Source: Eledone cirrhosa
Lineage: Eukaryota
Assembly: GCA_964016885.1 (NCBI GenBank)
Contig: OZ024741.1
Location: 188,046,001-188,110,000 of the forward strand
Direction of reading: 5' to 3'
DNA: 64,000 nt
Positions 47,084 through 59,074 of this stretch are shown in pieces. Numbering within the stretch: the stretch's first letter is position 1; each line of letters begins with the position of its first letter. The notes beneath the pieces are model-generated. The model did not search any database, was not told the DNA's origin, and saw only the letters and a program-made list of their open reading frames with translations. Both the position numbers and the translations under genes were made by a program.

Positions 47084-47131
<48 letters not shown>

Positions 47132-47366
47132 AAAATACATAAATATTATATATATATAAAAATAAATATAAAAAGGTGGAAGGGGTAAACAAATAGTTGG
47201 AAATACGACAAATAATAAATAAATAAATAGATAAAGGTATAAATGTTTATAGCTGATTTAGAGCACTCAACAAATTCCTGGAGCAAATAATCAATGAAAA
47301 TTAAATCACTGTATGTAATTATGCATATACATACACATATATACATACACACACACAACCATACAA

Positions 47367-47430
<64 letters not shown>

Positions 47431-48196
47431 CGTTTCTGAATTTGTTTAGCAAGATTCTTTATCTGAAATCGTGTGTTGAAACCGATATTGTTATACTTTG
47501 GGAGGGTCATGTTGCCAATAAGAAACACACGCACCAGTTGCTTTCACTTCAATTTATTATATATTTATAAATTTATAAATTTACAAATCTACAAACTTAT
47601 AAATTTCTGGTTGGTTGGTTGGTTGGTTCCACAACCAGATAGTTGTTTATATATAGTCATAGTCCTTTCGTCACACACTCTGTGACCTCTTCAGTGACTG
47701 GGGATACCTTTCTTTGTTTCTGTGCCTTTCCTTTCTTCTATCCTACGCCATTTTGTTTCTGTGTGTGTGTTGTGTGCTCAGTTTGCGCATGCGCCACATC
47801 CGGGTGTCTGTGTGTGTTTGTGTTCATTTATCTATTTGTTTATTTATTTATTTATTTATTGTTGGTTGGTTGTTTGTTCTATGTGTGTGTGTGTTTTCAT
47901 TTTGTCCTGTGTGTGTTTTCATTTTGTCCTTAATTGTAAGTTGTGATGTTGCTGTTCCACTCATATTTTCTATTTAATTTTGGTTGTAATTCTTTTATGC
48001 TTACTGCCTCTGTAATTTGCCTAAACATTGCATCTTTTCTGTGTGTGGATTCTATAAATATATATATCTAAGTCCAAAATTAAGATAAATGAATTAAATG
48101 AATTTAATCTAAATCGAAATCATGGGCGTCATGACATAATGCATGCGCCATATATCCTGAGATTTTAAGCTCAAAGATAAATAAATCTGAGCATAT

Positions 48197-48591
48197 TATA
48201 ATAACTAGAGATTGATTAACATATAAAAATACATGAATAATCACAGGAGATAATTCAAGCTTGCGTGTAACCGCGCATAGTTAGTTTAGGCAATATTTAC
48301 CTTTAAGAGTGATTAACATTCCTTGTATATATCCCATTAAAGAAATATATTTCACCAATTAATCAGATGGTAAGTCACGGAAAGTGGATATTATGGATTG
48401 TCACTTTCCGTGACTTACCATCTGATTAATTGGTGAAATATATTTCTTTAATGGGATATATACAAGGAAAGTTAATCACTCTTAAAGGTAAATATTGCCT
48501 AAACTAGCTATGCGCGGTTACACGCAAGCTTAAATTATCTCCTGTGATTATTCATGTATTTTTATATGTTAATCAATCTCTAGTTATTATA
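48197..48591. repeat. Near-perfect fold-back, ~190-bp arms, 15-nt spacer
   Basis: ...GTCACGGAAAGTG gatattatggattgt CACTTTCCGTGAC...; left arm resembles 42392-42600. Confidence 0.9.
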
Positions 48592-49335
48592 TAAATATAT
48601 ATATAAATATATATATATATAAATATGCAAATACACACACACATATAACCAAAAAGTTACGTCACCACGAAAATAAAAGTACACACACACATATAAACAC
48701 ACACACATATATATATATACACACATACATATACATACAGATATATATAATTATATACACATATATACTTACATATATATATACATATGTACACATATAC
48801 ACAACACATACATACACACAGAAATAAATATCTATAAATAAAAAAGGTGGGTATGTAAAGGGTAAGGTAGAAAGTAGGGGGGAATAAGGAAAATAAATAA
48901 CATAGGAAAAAATTTAAATATAAGGGGAGATAAGGGAGAAAAAGAATATAAGGGTACAGAAAGTGAGTTCAGAGAGTAATAAAAATCGTAGTGGATGTAA
49001 GGCGTAAAGAGCAGAGAAGAAGTTCAAGGTGGTTGAGTCATCGTAGGAATGTCAATCCAGTTACAGAGCAGATGTGATTTCAGGTGAAGACAACATCTGA
49101 AGATCTCGGTCTTGGAGTTCAGGCAAGTTGAAGTGGCTTTCAAGTTTTGTAGAATTCTAAATTTTTCAGTGGTACACAAAAAACAATTCTTTGTGCCCCT
49201 TTGGTATTCCCTCGAATGGTCTTAAATAGACCAATCGATAAAGTACGGGATGCTTTTATCTTTGAATTCCCACACCTTATTGGCGAGAGCCATTGCTGTT
49301 CTTTTATCAGAGTGTTTAAAAGAAGCGACATGTGC

Positions 49336-49420
<85 letters not shown>

Positions 49421-50079
49421 ACAGGGAGAAAGAGACGATTATGAGGAAGAAAAATTTTTTTTTTTTCATTTTTTTTGTGTCTCTCTCTCCCTTTTTTCTG
49501 GGTTAGAAAATGATTAAAACGAAATGTTTTACTGTGTGTGGAGTGTTGAGGTATTAGTTGATTTATTTATTATTTAACAATGGCATTTATTTATCTATTT
49601 ATATATTTAATTATTGTCTATTACCGGTTTCTGTATTTATATGCATTATCAAATGATAGTGAAATGTATTAGTGTGGTGTCGCACATGTTAAACAGAAGG
49701 TGCAGAAAGAATAATGTTATATACAAACAAGGTTTAAGAAGTGAAAAGAAAAAAGAAAAAGGAAAAAAAACGTGCATAATGTGGAACGTAAAAAGTCAAT
49801 GTGGAAGAAAAGTTAATGTTATTTACAAGCACAGCCATTGAAGTTAAGCAGTTCAAAATGTGTTAATATCGCAAGAGTGTTTAGTTGAACCATGGTTCCG
49901 TGAAGGAGGCAAATGGTGGACTGTGGTTTGATATGATTTCCCTTTTTAGAGAGTTAATATGCAGGAGGAAGCAATTCTTGTTGGGTGATATTTAATTTAT
50001 TTAAGAAAAAGGATTAGGTAGGGTGTGAGGGAGGTAACTCTTGTAAATGTTTGATGGTTTGTTGCAGTTTTAGAAAGGT

Positions 50080-53000
50080 CCGAATTTTAGGGCATTGAGT
50101 ACTGGTTGAAATTTATTAATGAAATGTGTTTCCTTATTGGCACGTTGGATGAAAGTTGTCTATGAATTTGTAAATCGGGAAAATTTTAAAGTTTGGAAGT
50201 TGGTTGAGAGCACAATTGGCGATATGTTCACTAAATGCAATCTTTCTGTATTCCTGTATTTTAATTTGTGATTTATGGATGGTCATATGTTGACGGAGGC
50301 TGTTTTTTGTCTGGCCTATATAGTGCTCTAGACAACATGAGCAAGTCAAAACATAGATAAGATTTTCAGATGCACATGTAAAGTTGTGTTTAACTGTGAA
50401 ACGTTGTCCTTGCTTGAAATGGAATGTTGAACCTTCTATTAGATGTATGCATATGCCACAGTTGGGCCTTCCGCATTTTGTTACTGTAGGGTTTATTGTG
50501 AGGATTTGATGGATTTTGGCTTGTGTGAGGATGTTTTTTTATGGATTTGGGTTGTCTTTTGCTCTTTATGATGTTGTGTGTTTGGAGGATATTGTTCATT
50601 CTTGGGTCTCTTTTTAGTAAAGGAATGTTCTGGAGGATGGTATCGAATGCCTCATTGTTGAGGGGGTTGTGTGTGGAGATGTATGGTAGAGTTTTTTGTA
50701 GCGGTTCACTCCTGGGTTTGGGGTGTCTGAGTTCCTGGATGTCTAGTTTTAGGGCACGTTGGAATCCATTGGTGATTAGGGATGGTGGGTAGTTTCTGCT
50801 GATAAGTGTGTTTTTTTAATTCTTCTAGTCGTGTGTAGCATGTGTATTTATCTGAAACTATTGTGCAGATCCTTCTGGCTAGGTTATAAGGAATTGCCAT
50901 TTTGGTGTGTCTAGGGTGGTACGAGTTGAATGGAAGGTATTGTTTGGAGTCTGTGGGTTTGTAGTATATGTCTGTTTCTATTTTGTTGCTTGTTTTCTTG
51001 ATGAGGGTGTCGAGGAAAGGGAGTTGTTCATGGCTGTAATCCATTGTGAATTGTAAGTTTGTGTTGAGCTCATTCAGAAGGGTTTTGAACTCAAACAGTC
51101 TATCTATACTTTCATGCCAGATGATGAAGCAGTCGTCCAGATATCTCTTCCAGTTCTTTTCTATGTGTTGGTAGAAGTGGTTGCCATATTTGTCTAGAAT
51201 TTTGCGGTAGAGAATGGTTTCCAAATATCCCATGACAAGGTTGGCGTATGAAGGGGCCACTTTCGTGCCCATGGCAGTCCCAGATTTCTGTCTGTAGTAT
51301 TTGGCATTGAATTCGAATAAATTGTTTTCCAAGATGAATTTGAGTCCCTCCAACACAAATTCTTTAGGGATGCGCTGTGGAAGTTCACTAGGGAAATTTT
51401 CCATCCAGAATTGTATTGCCTCTATACCTAGGTTGTGTGGGATATTGGAATATAAATTGATGACATCAAAGGGTACTAGTAGGGTATGTTCGTTATTGAG
51501 TGTTGTTGGGAGGTGGTTGAGCATGTCAAGGTCGTCCTTTATGAAGCTTTTTATATATTTTAGGAAAGGTTTAAGCAGAATATCTAGGAAGTTGCTTAGG
51601 CGATGGGTTTCACATGCGGTGCCTGCTATTATGGGTCTTAATTTAAGGTCATCAGGAGGGGCTATATTGATGTAAACGTATGTGGCTTGCTTGCAGGCCC
51701 TGCCTATTACTTCGCTTTTGTGTGTCTTGGGGATACCGTAGAAGAGGCTGGTTCTGCTTTTGAAATTGGTGATGTAGTTGTATTCCTTGTCTGTAAGGCC
51801 ATCTTTGTAAAGGGTTGTTAGGGATTTTAGGTTTCTCATTATTTTCTGTTTTGTGTAGTGTTGGGCCTTTTCATAATATGTTTGGTTTTCTAGAGTTGAG
51901 AGTACTAGAGTTGTGTAATAATCTGTCTCCATAAGGACTACTGCACTCCCTTTATCTGCCTCTTTGATTGTTAGGGTTTTGTCGTTTTCTAGACTGTTAA
52001 GACCATTCCATTCTTTTTTGCTTAGGTTTGGTTTTTGTTTATGTCTGCGTAGATGGTGGTATGGGTAATTAGTAATGTCTTTGCAGAATTGATCGAGGAA
52101 TTTATTCTTGCCTTTTGGTGGGGTGTAGTTGCTTCTATTTCTGGCTATTGAGTCATCCTCATTGTATTTGTTGTATAGTTGTTCGCTGAGTCTTAGTTTT
52201 CTACAGAATTCTGCAATATCTTCCTTCATTTCGGGGCAGTTTGGTTGTTGGGGAGTTGGTGTAAATTTTAGACCTTTGGAGAGTATGTTGATTTGGTCTG
52301 TTGTTAATTCTTTGGAGGTTAAATTGACAATTTTTATTGCATTTTGTGTCTCCTGTGTGTTTTGTGTTATCTTGTAATCCTGTGTCTGTGTGCTGTGTCT
52401 AAAAAATGATTACGGAAGTTGTGATGGCTGTTGAAGTTTGGATGTCTCTTATAGTTGTATTGGCTCCTGCTTTTGTTGGAAGATGGTGTGTAGCTGTGGT
52501 GGTTGTTGAGTTTAGGTTGTATCGTGTGGTTGTATTGAGCCCTGCTGATGTTGTTGTAGGGTGTGTAGATTTGATGGACGTAGTTATAGGGTGTGAAGTT
52601 GTGGTGGTTGTTGAAGTTGGGTTGTAACGTGTGGTTGTGTTGAGCACTGCTGTTGTTGTAGTGTGTGTAGACTTGGTGGTAGTTGTAGTAGGGTTGTCTT
52701 GTGTGTTCATATTGAGTCCTGTTGTTGCAGTTTTATGGTGTGTAGCTATGGTGGTTGTAGTGGTTAGGGTGTCTGGTGTGGTTGTATTGTTCCCTGCTGG
52801 TGTTGTTGTAGTAGGGTGTGGTAAGTGGGGGAGGGTTGATTAGGGTTTCCTTATAGATGGTGTGTGGTTGTGAGGCTCTGTGTGACATGTGTGGTAGTTG
52901 TGTATTTTGGGTTCTATGTTGGAAGTAATGATGGTTGTGGGTTTGTTGTGTGGGGATGCTAGGGGGGGGGGTGTAAGTGTGGGGGGTTTTATGGTTTCTC

Positions 53001-53640
53001 CTGATGGGAGAGAAGTTGTAGTGTCTATCTTGTAGCTGATGTTTCTCTATTACTATATTTGTTGCTTGGGAGTCCGTGTGATAGTTGTCGGAGGGGGGGG
53101 TAGGAGGTAGGGGCGAGGTGATGCCTTCTTTTGTTGGTATGTGGGGAGGCATTGTTTTTTTTTGTTGTTGTTGGTTGTTGTGTGTTGTTTGGGTGTTGAT
53201 TGAGTTTTCTTGTTATTATGGTTTTAATGAAGGGGTTTTGGGATGTGTGTTCTTTTTGGAAAAGTGTTTCATAGTTAGAGAACCAGGTTTCGTTTATTTC
53301 CCAGCGTTGAAGGGATGTTAATTCTTCCTTATTACAGTCCTCTAACCATAATTTTGAAATATTTTCTAGGGTGGTGTCTTTGGTTATATTGATAATTGCT
53401 AGATTAATCTCATCGTCGATTGATTTGATCCTATCTTCATATGCTTGGGCTCTCAATTTAAGGAGTTCAATTTCGGTTTTTATGTTATCCAGTGCCATTC
53501 TTTCCCTGATGTGTCTTTGTGTCTCTGGTTCATTTGGGATGGATTTAATTTGTAGTTTTCGGGGGATGATTAATGGGGAAGAGTTAATCCATTTTTCATA
53601 GATCTCCGCTTTGTTATTGTTTTGTATCATCTTCCAAAAG
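50080..53640 (-). pseudogene. PLE polyprotein: N-terminal region, T/P-rich linker, RT (50706-52229), Cys linker, GIY-YIG endonuclease
   Basis: KEADKG, FYGIPKTHK, LRPII, DVINLYSNIP, GTAMG, RYLDD, FLD, YYKPT; CGRPNCGIC..FTC; NLIYVLTCSCCLEHYIGQT. Confidence 0.88.
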
Positions 53641-54132
53641 TAGAATTTCCTGTTATTAAGAGATGTGTACCATTGTGGTATTAATTTGTTTTTTATTTGG
53701 TAAGTTGTAAGTGTATTAGTGTCATATGTATTTTCGTTCGTTTGAATAGGGTTTGTGTTGTTACACCCTACCTAATCCTTTTTCTTAAATAAATTAAATA
53801 TCACCCAGCAAGAATTGCTTCCCCCTGCATATTAACTCTCTAAAAAGGGAAATCATATCAAACCACAGTCCACCATTTGCCTCCTTCACGGAACCATGGT
53901 TCAACTAAACACTCTTGCGATATTAACACATTTTGAACTGCTTAACTTCAATGACTGTGCTTGTAAATAACATTAACTTTTCTTCCACATTGACTTTTTA
54001 CGTTCCACATTATGCACGTTTTTTTTTTTCCTTTTTCTTTTTTCTTTTCACTTTTTAAATCTTGTTTGTGTATAACATTATTCTTTCTGCACCTTCTCTT
54101 TAACATGTGCGACACCACACTAATACATTTCA

Positions 54133-54174
54133 CTATCATTTGATAATGCATACAAATGCAGAAACCGGTAATAG
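54133..54174 (+). ncRNA. Candidate variant hammerhead (U3-A8 core) in the PLE terminal repeat; second copy at ~49617-49658 on the minus strand
   Basis: CTATcat-TTGATAA-TGCAT acaa ATGCA-GAAA-CCGG-TA-ATAG. Confidence 0.45.
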
Positions 54175-54371
54175 ATAATAATTAAATATATAAATAGATA
54201 AATAAATGCCATTGTTAAATAATAAATACATCAACTAATACCTTAACACTTCACACACAGTAAAACATTTCGTTTTAATCATTTTCTAACCCAGAAAAAA
54301 AGAGAGAGAGAGACACAAAAAAAATGGAAAAAAAATATTTTTCTTCCTCATAATCGTCTCTTTCTCCCTGT

Positions 54372-54465
<94 letters not shown>

Positions 54466-54493
54466 TAACTCGTATGCCTCCTCTCCACATTTT

Positions 54494-54525
<32 letters not shown>

Positions 54526-54995
54526 TATAATATCATTCAACCCCTTGTGGCTAATAAAGAAACATATCTATACATCGTATACAATGATAATGTATATGTT
54601 TAGTTTCTCTTTTTTTTTTATGCCAAAGAAATGAAATAGAAATGTTTCTTTGTAATAATAACAACGTACTTCCTAATGTGTGTATATTGCTCGTTATTCA
54701 ACATTTAAAATAATGAAAAGCAATGTCCAAACGTTTGTTCATTCTTTTTAACATGACCAAAACAAATAAACCGACTTTAATTTTGAAAGGAAAACAACAA
54801 ACATATCACAGGCTCTTAAAAGCTTGTCTCAACAAACAATAAAGACATACATGCAGGTGCACACACTCTTTCTTTCTATATATCAGTTGTTTTCTTTCTT
54901 TCTTTTCTTTTTTGTTAACCAGCTAAGAAAATGTTAAGAACAAATAATCTGTAAATAAATATAAATAATTTCAATTTAATAATAGTAATATATAC

Positions 54996-55034
<39 letters not shown>

Positions 55035-55077
55035 CACCGATCTACATAGCAAAATTGTAAAATTTGTAAAATTATAA

Positions 55078-55106
55078 AATTAAATTGTTTATAACACTAA
55101 CTACAA

Positions 55107-55166
<60 letters not shown>

Positions 55167-55192
55167 TTGTAGTTAGTGTTATAAACAATTTA

Positions 55193-55197
<5 letters not shown>
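55078..55197. repeat. Palindrome centred on (TA)n
   Basis: TAAATTGTTTATAACACTAACTACAAGTGA-(TA)n-TCACTTGTAGTTAGTGTTATAAACAATTTA. Confidence 0.9.
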
Positions 55198-55233
<36 letters not shown>

Positions 55234-55236
55234 TAC

Positions 55237-55349
<113 letters not shown>

Positions 55350-55712
55350 AGTTATTTATTTAATCATTTAGTAGAAGCCAACAATAGCATTGGTGTGTTT
55401 ATTTCTTTTATTTAGATTAATACTGGATAAATTTATAAATTTGTGACAAGACAATCAATGCACTTTTGTAATGATATCCAACATAAACAATTGGACAAAT
55501 CAGAATAATACTCCACATAAGATATAACCGCCGTCTCTGTATCTTAATCTAAAATCAAGAAGTTGTCTGATTATTCAATTTCCACTGCAAATCCATGGAA
55601 AATCATACACAAATGGTTAACATACTCAATAATTAGGTATACTGCTTTCTGTTTTCCTTTGAGTTTTTTTTTTAAATTCTAGATTCTCAAAAGAATGTGA
55701 TCCTACATTAGT

Positions 55713-55870
55713 TAGGTTGAACCTCTGGCAGTGGAGACTTCTGGTGTCCTCGGCCCTAGGGCTACCTCCCTACTCACCATCATAGGCGCTGAGCTGGCCA
55801 GTCGCAGGTGTGAACCCCGCGAGTTGGAGTGGCTTTTCCAGCGCGTCTCCCCCTTGCCGTCCTCCGGGGG
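55713..55870 (+). pseudogene. CRE/RLE-type retrotransposon C-terminal fragment
   Basis: EPLAVETSGVLGPRATSLLTIIG...EPRELEWLFQRVS. Confidence 0.5.
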
Positions 55871-56189
55871 AACGCCTTCTCCATCCTGTCCGCCGGGGCT
55901 GTGTGTGTGTGTCGGGGGGGGGGGGGGGGGGGCATCGCTTACAATCCCATATTTAGGTATCTGTCTTCTCACATGTAGACGTACGTCCTTTACCATAGTG
56001 TTGTGTCCCTAAAAGAAGTTTATTTCCTTTAATAGTTACAATGTAATTTGTCTGCAGTATGTATACAATGAGATATGATTAGTTAGGTTGGTTACCAGGA
56101 AATATGTAAAAGATTCATGAAATAAATGTTTTCCACAGCATGAAGTAAGCTCAAGTCATATAGCAGCAGGGTATCAACACTAATAGATA

Positions 56190-56626
56190 AAAATAATTGT
56201 TTCTACTTTTGGCACAAGGCCAGCAATTACTCCAGTGCATTACTGGTGCTTTATTTTATCGAACCTGTAAGGATGAAAGGCAAAGTTAAACTCAGCGGGA
56301 TTTGAACTCAAAACGCAAAGGCCATAACTCTATGCTGCAAAGCTTGGTGTCTGACGCTCTACTGATACTGCCAATCCACCGTCCTTATGCTACAAATGAA
56401 TAAAAAATACTGATTTCTAGTATAGGCACAAGGCCAGCAATTTGGGGGGAAGGAAAAGTCGATTAAATCGACCCCAGTGTGTTACTGGTACTTTATTTTA
56501 TCGACCCCGTAAGGATGAAAGGCAAGTTAACTTCGACGGGTTTTGAACTCAGATTATAAAGGACCGTAACTCTATGCTGCAAAGCATGGTCTCCGACCCT
56601 CTACCGATAGTGTCAATCCACCGCCC
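56190..56626 (-). mobile_element. Two tandem SINE family A copies
   Basis: Reverse complement of 2672-2893, twice (~56190-56385, ~56410-56626). Confidence 0.8.
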
Positions 56627-56789
56627 TTCTGCTACAAATAAATAAAAATAATGCTGTAAAAACCATATTCTGGCAATTCCACAAGTCTTGAAGCTGGAAC
56701 AAAAATGACGTTATGTATATTTCCATTGGTATTTGTTATGTAATAGACAGAGATTTGGATCTCCGTCAGTTCCAGTTGTTTTGATCAAC

Positions 56790-57045
56790 GGAAGAATCTG
56801 CTCGTGAAACTGACCTACAAGTAACAGCGTATTCCACTGATATGTGTAACTCTTCACGTAATTATCAGGGGGGGGGGGGTTAAGCGTGACACAATTGTAA
56901 TAGATACAACTAATCGTTTCCAGCTGAGTGAACCAGAGCAACATGACATAAAGTGTCTCGTTCAAAGGCAAAACTCGCTCCCAGGAATAGAACTCACAAC
57001 CTGACAATCTTGAGCCGAACATCGTAACCACTAAGCAAGGCATTT
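56790..57045 (-). mobile_element. SINE family B-like copy
   Basis: Reverse complement carries TAGTGGTTAC..GAGTTCTATTCC..CCTTTGAACGAGACACTT. Confidence 0.55.
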
Positions 57046-57474
57046 TTTAACGAATGAGAGAAATGAGCTTGAATCGTTTTGAGATATGGCGCCTGTTTCA
57101 TGAGATGAGTAGGACGGCCATTCAACGACAAAGAAATTATTGGAAATATTTAATGAAACTGATATAAACCTTTTTAAAATACTTTACAGTCTTATGATGA
57201 TACACATGTTTTAAGTAGTATCAATGCTGGAACGTAAAACAACAGAAAAATTAATATCATACTTGCATTGTTTTGTGTACTGATTGTAATAGGGGATTGT
57301 TGTTTCAGTTTAAAATTAAAATAAAAAACTTGAAATAATATTGCAATCTTTATAGAAGGTTTCAAGATGACCAAAGATTGTTGTTGTATACCAGAGGTTC
57401 TCAAACGTTTGGGGACACCGCCCCCAATAAATAATATCATATATGCTATGTATAAATAAATATTATTTCTACAG

Positions 57475-57740
57475 TCGAGAAAATATATTCTCGACTGTTC
57501 TCAAGTCCAGTAGTCACAAGCATGGGAGGGACCCTCCTGATGAAGACCAGTTAAGTCTGACATGCATCGACGGTTGTCCCCCTTGCTTCTGCTGGACGAC
57601 ACCAGAGGGCGTTAGCCCTGGTGTTTTTTGCATAGCTACGGCTTCCTAAATTTTTACCCCGTAAACATACTGTGTTTCTTTAGAAATACGAAATTTCTAT
57701 ACATATCTGTATACAGCTATGCTTGAAGCTAAAGCCTATT
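57475..57740 (+). mobile_element. Second copy of the 41.5-kb hammerhead repeat (motif 57524-57582), possibly nested in a MITE (~57392-57883)
   Basis: CTGATGA-AGAC cagttaa GTCT-GACA-TGCATC-GACGGT; downstream sequence matches 41660-41810. Confidence 0.65.
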
Positions 57741-58117
57741 TCTAAATATTACATATTTTTTTTATTTTACTATATCTATATATATGTTTCATTTGATATT
57801 TAATATACTATTATATCGTTTCTACCGTCCCCTTAGGCACCAGCGCCACCTGGGGGTGGTAGCACCCACTTTAAGACCTCTCTGTTGAATACAAAGGAAA
57901 GAATTTCAAACGGTTTTTAGATCAAGACATGTTATCTGATTAATATGGAATACTTGTTACGTTAATAAGTGATAGCAACAAAATTACAGAGTAGACAAAA
58001 GATAGAACTACAGTCAGTATCAATCATGTATGTGCCTGCTCGCCCATGTGTGTACGTGAAAGTTGGTAGGCGGCAACTGCAGAAGCGCCTCGTATGCAAG
58101 CATACATATACACGCGT

Positions 58118-58160
<43 letters not shown>

Positions 58161-59074
58161 TAGATATAGATATATATTGGATCGTCAAAAATGAAATTTG
58201 TAGAAATTTGTTTTGTTTTTTTTTCTACAAATTTCCAGAAAATTCATACTTGACCATAAAATATATTACAAACACATCAAACAAACATCATACATTCAAA
58301 CAATCAGGCGTAAAACAAACTTGCACAAATACACACATACATACATACATACATACATACATACATACATACATACATACATACATACATACATACATAC
58401 ATACATACATGGTGGTGGCTGCCAACTCGTTTTCGAGTACGGCCACTACTTTATATCCATGTAGGAGAACCCCTACCGATGCGCTGAACGAGTGTGACAT
58501 TTTAGTCAAGCCAGCGACTTGAAAACTCTGGTACAAACACTACACTTATGACAATTATTGACACATAGTGCTGGGCCCATGGTTCCATGTGACGACAAGT
58601 GCAGAGAGATCTCCAGATATAAAGCAATGCCTGTGCCGTGAAACTTTTATAGTGGGCAAAGGCACTGCACAAAGCCAGTCCCACTCTCTTAACCAAGATG
58701 ATATTTACCAAAAAGAAGAACAAGTCAACATCATTGGATACCGTCAGGGTTGCAGGTGTTATATCAGAGTTTTCCTTCTCCTAGAATTCTGCCTTGACAA
58801 AGGCTAAGGGGTCATCTCTCCCGGTTATTTTGGATGGCCATTGACTCTTAAGAGCTCCTTTGCCCTTTGACAGGTTTTGTTTTTAGTCCTGCAGGATGTC
58901 CAAAGTCACCCTCCTCACCAAGAAACCTTGGTGGGGTTGCCAGTTTAGTCGCCAACGACCCGACCATGAGACAGGTTGTACTGGGATACATGTTACCAGT
59001 AGCACCAACTGGTGACCTGACCATACATACATACATACATACATACATACATACATACATACATACATACATAC

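Larger units (their letters stand above)
49416..54377 (-). mobile_element. Penelope-like element (Neptune type), 5'-truncated and frameshifted, ~610-bp inverted terminal repeats, within (TA)n
   Basis: ~49416-50026 is the reverse complement of ~53763-54377; RT and GIY-YIG motifs inside. Confidence 0.88.

Noticed and set aside
44357-47090. CRISPR-like array
   Set aside because: Units are near-identical throughout with no unique spacers; eukaryotic context
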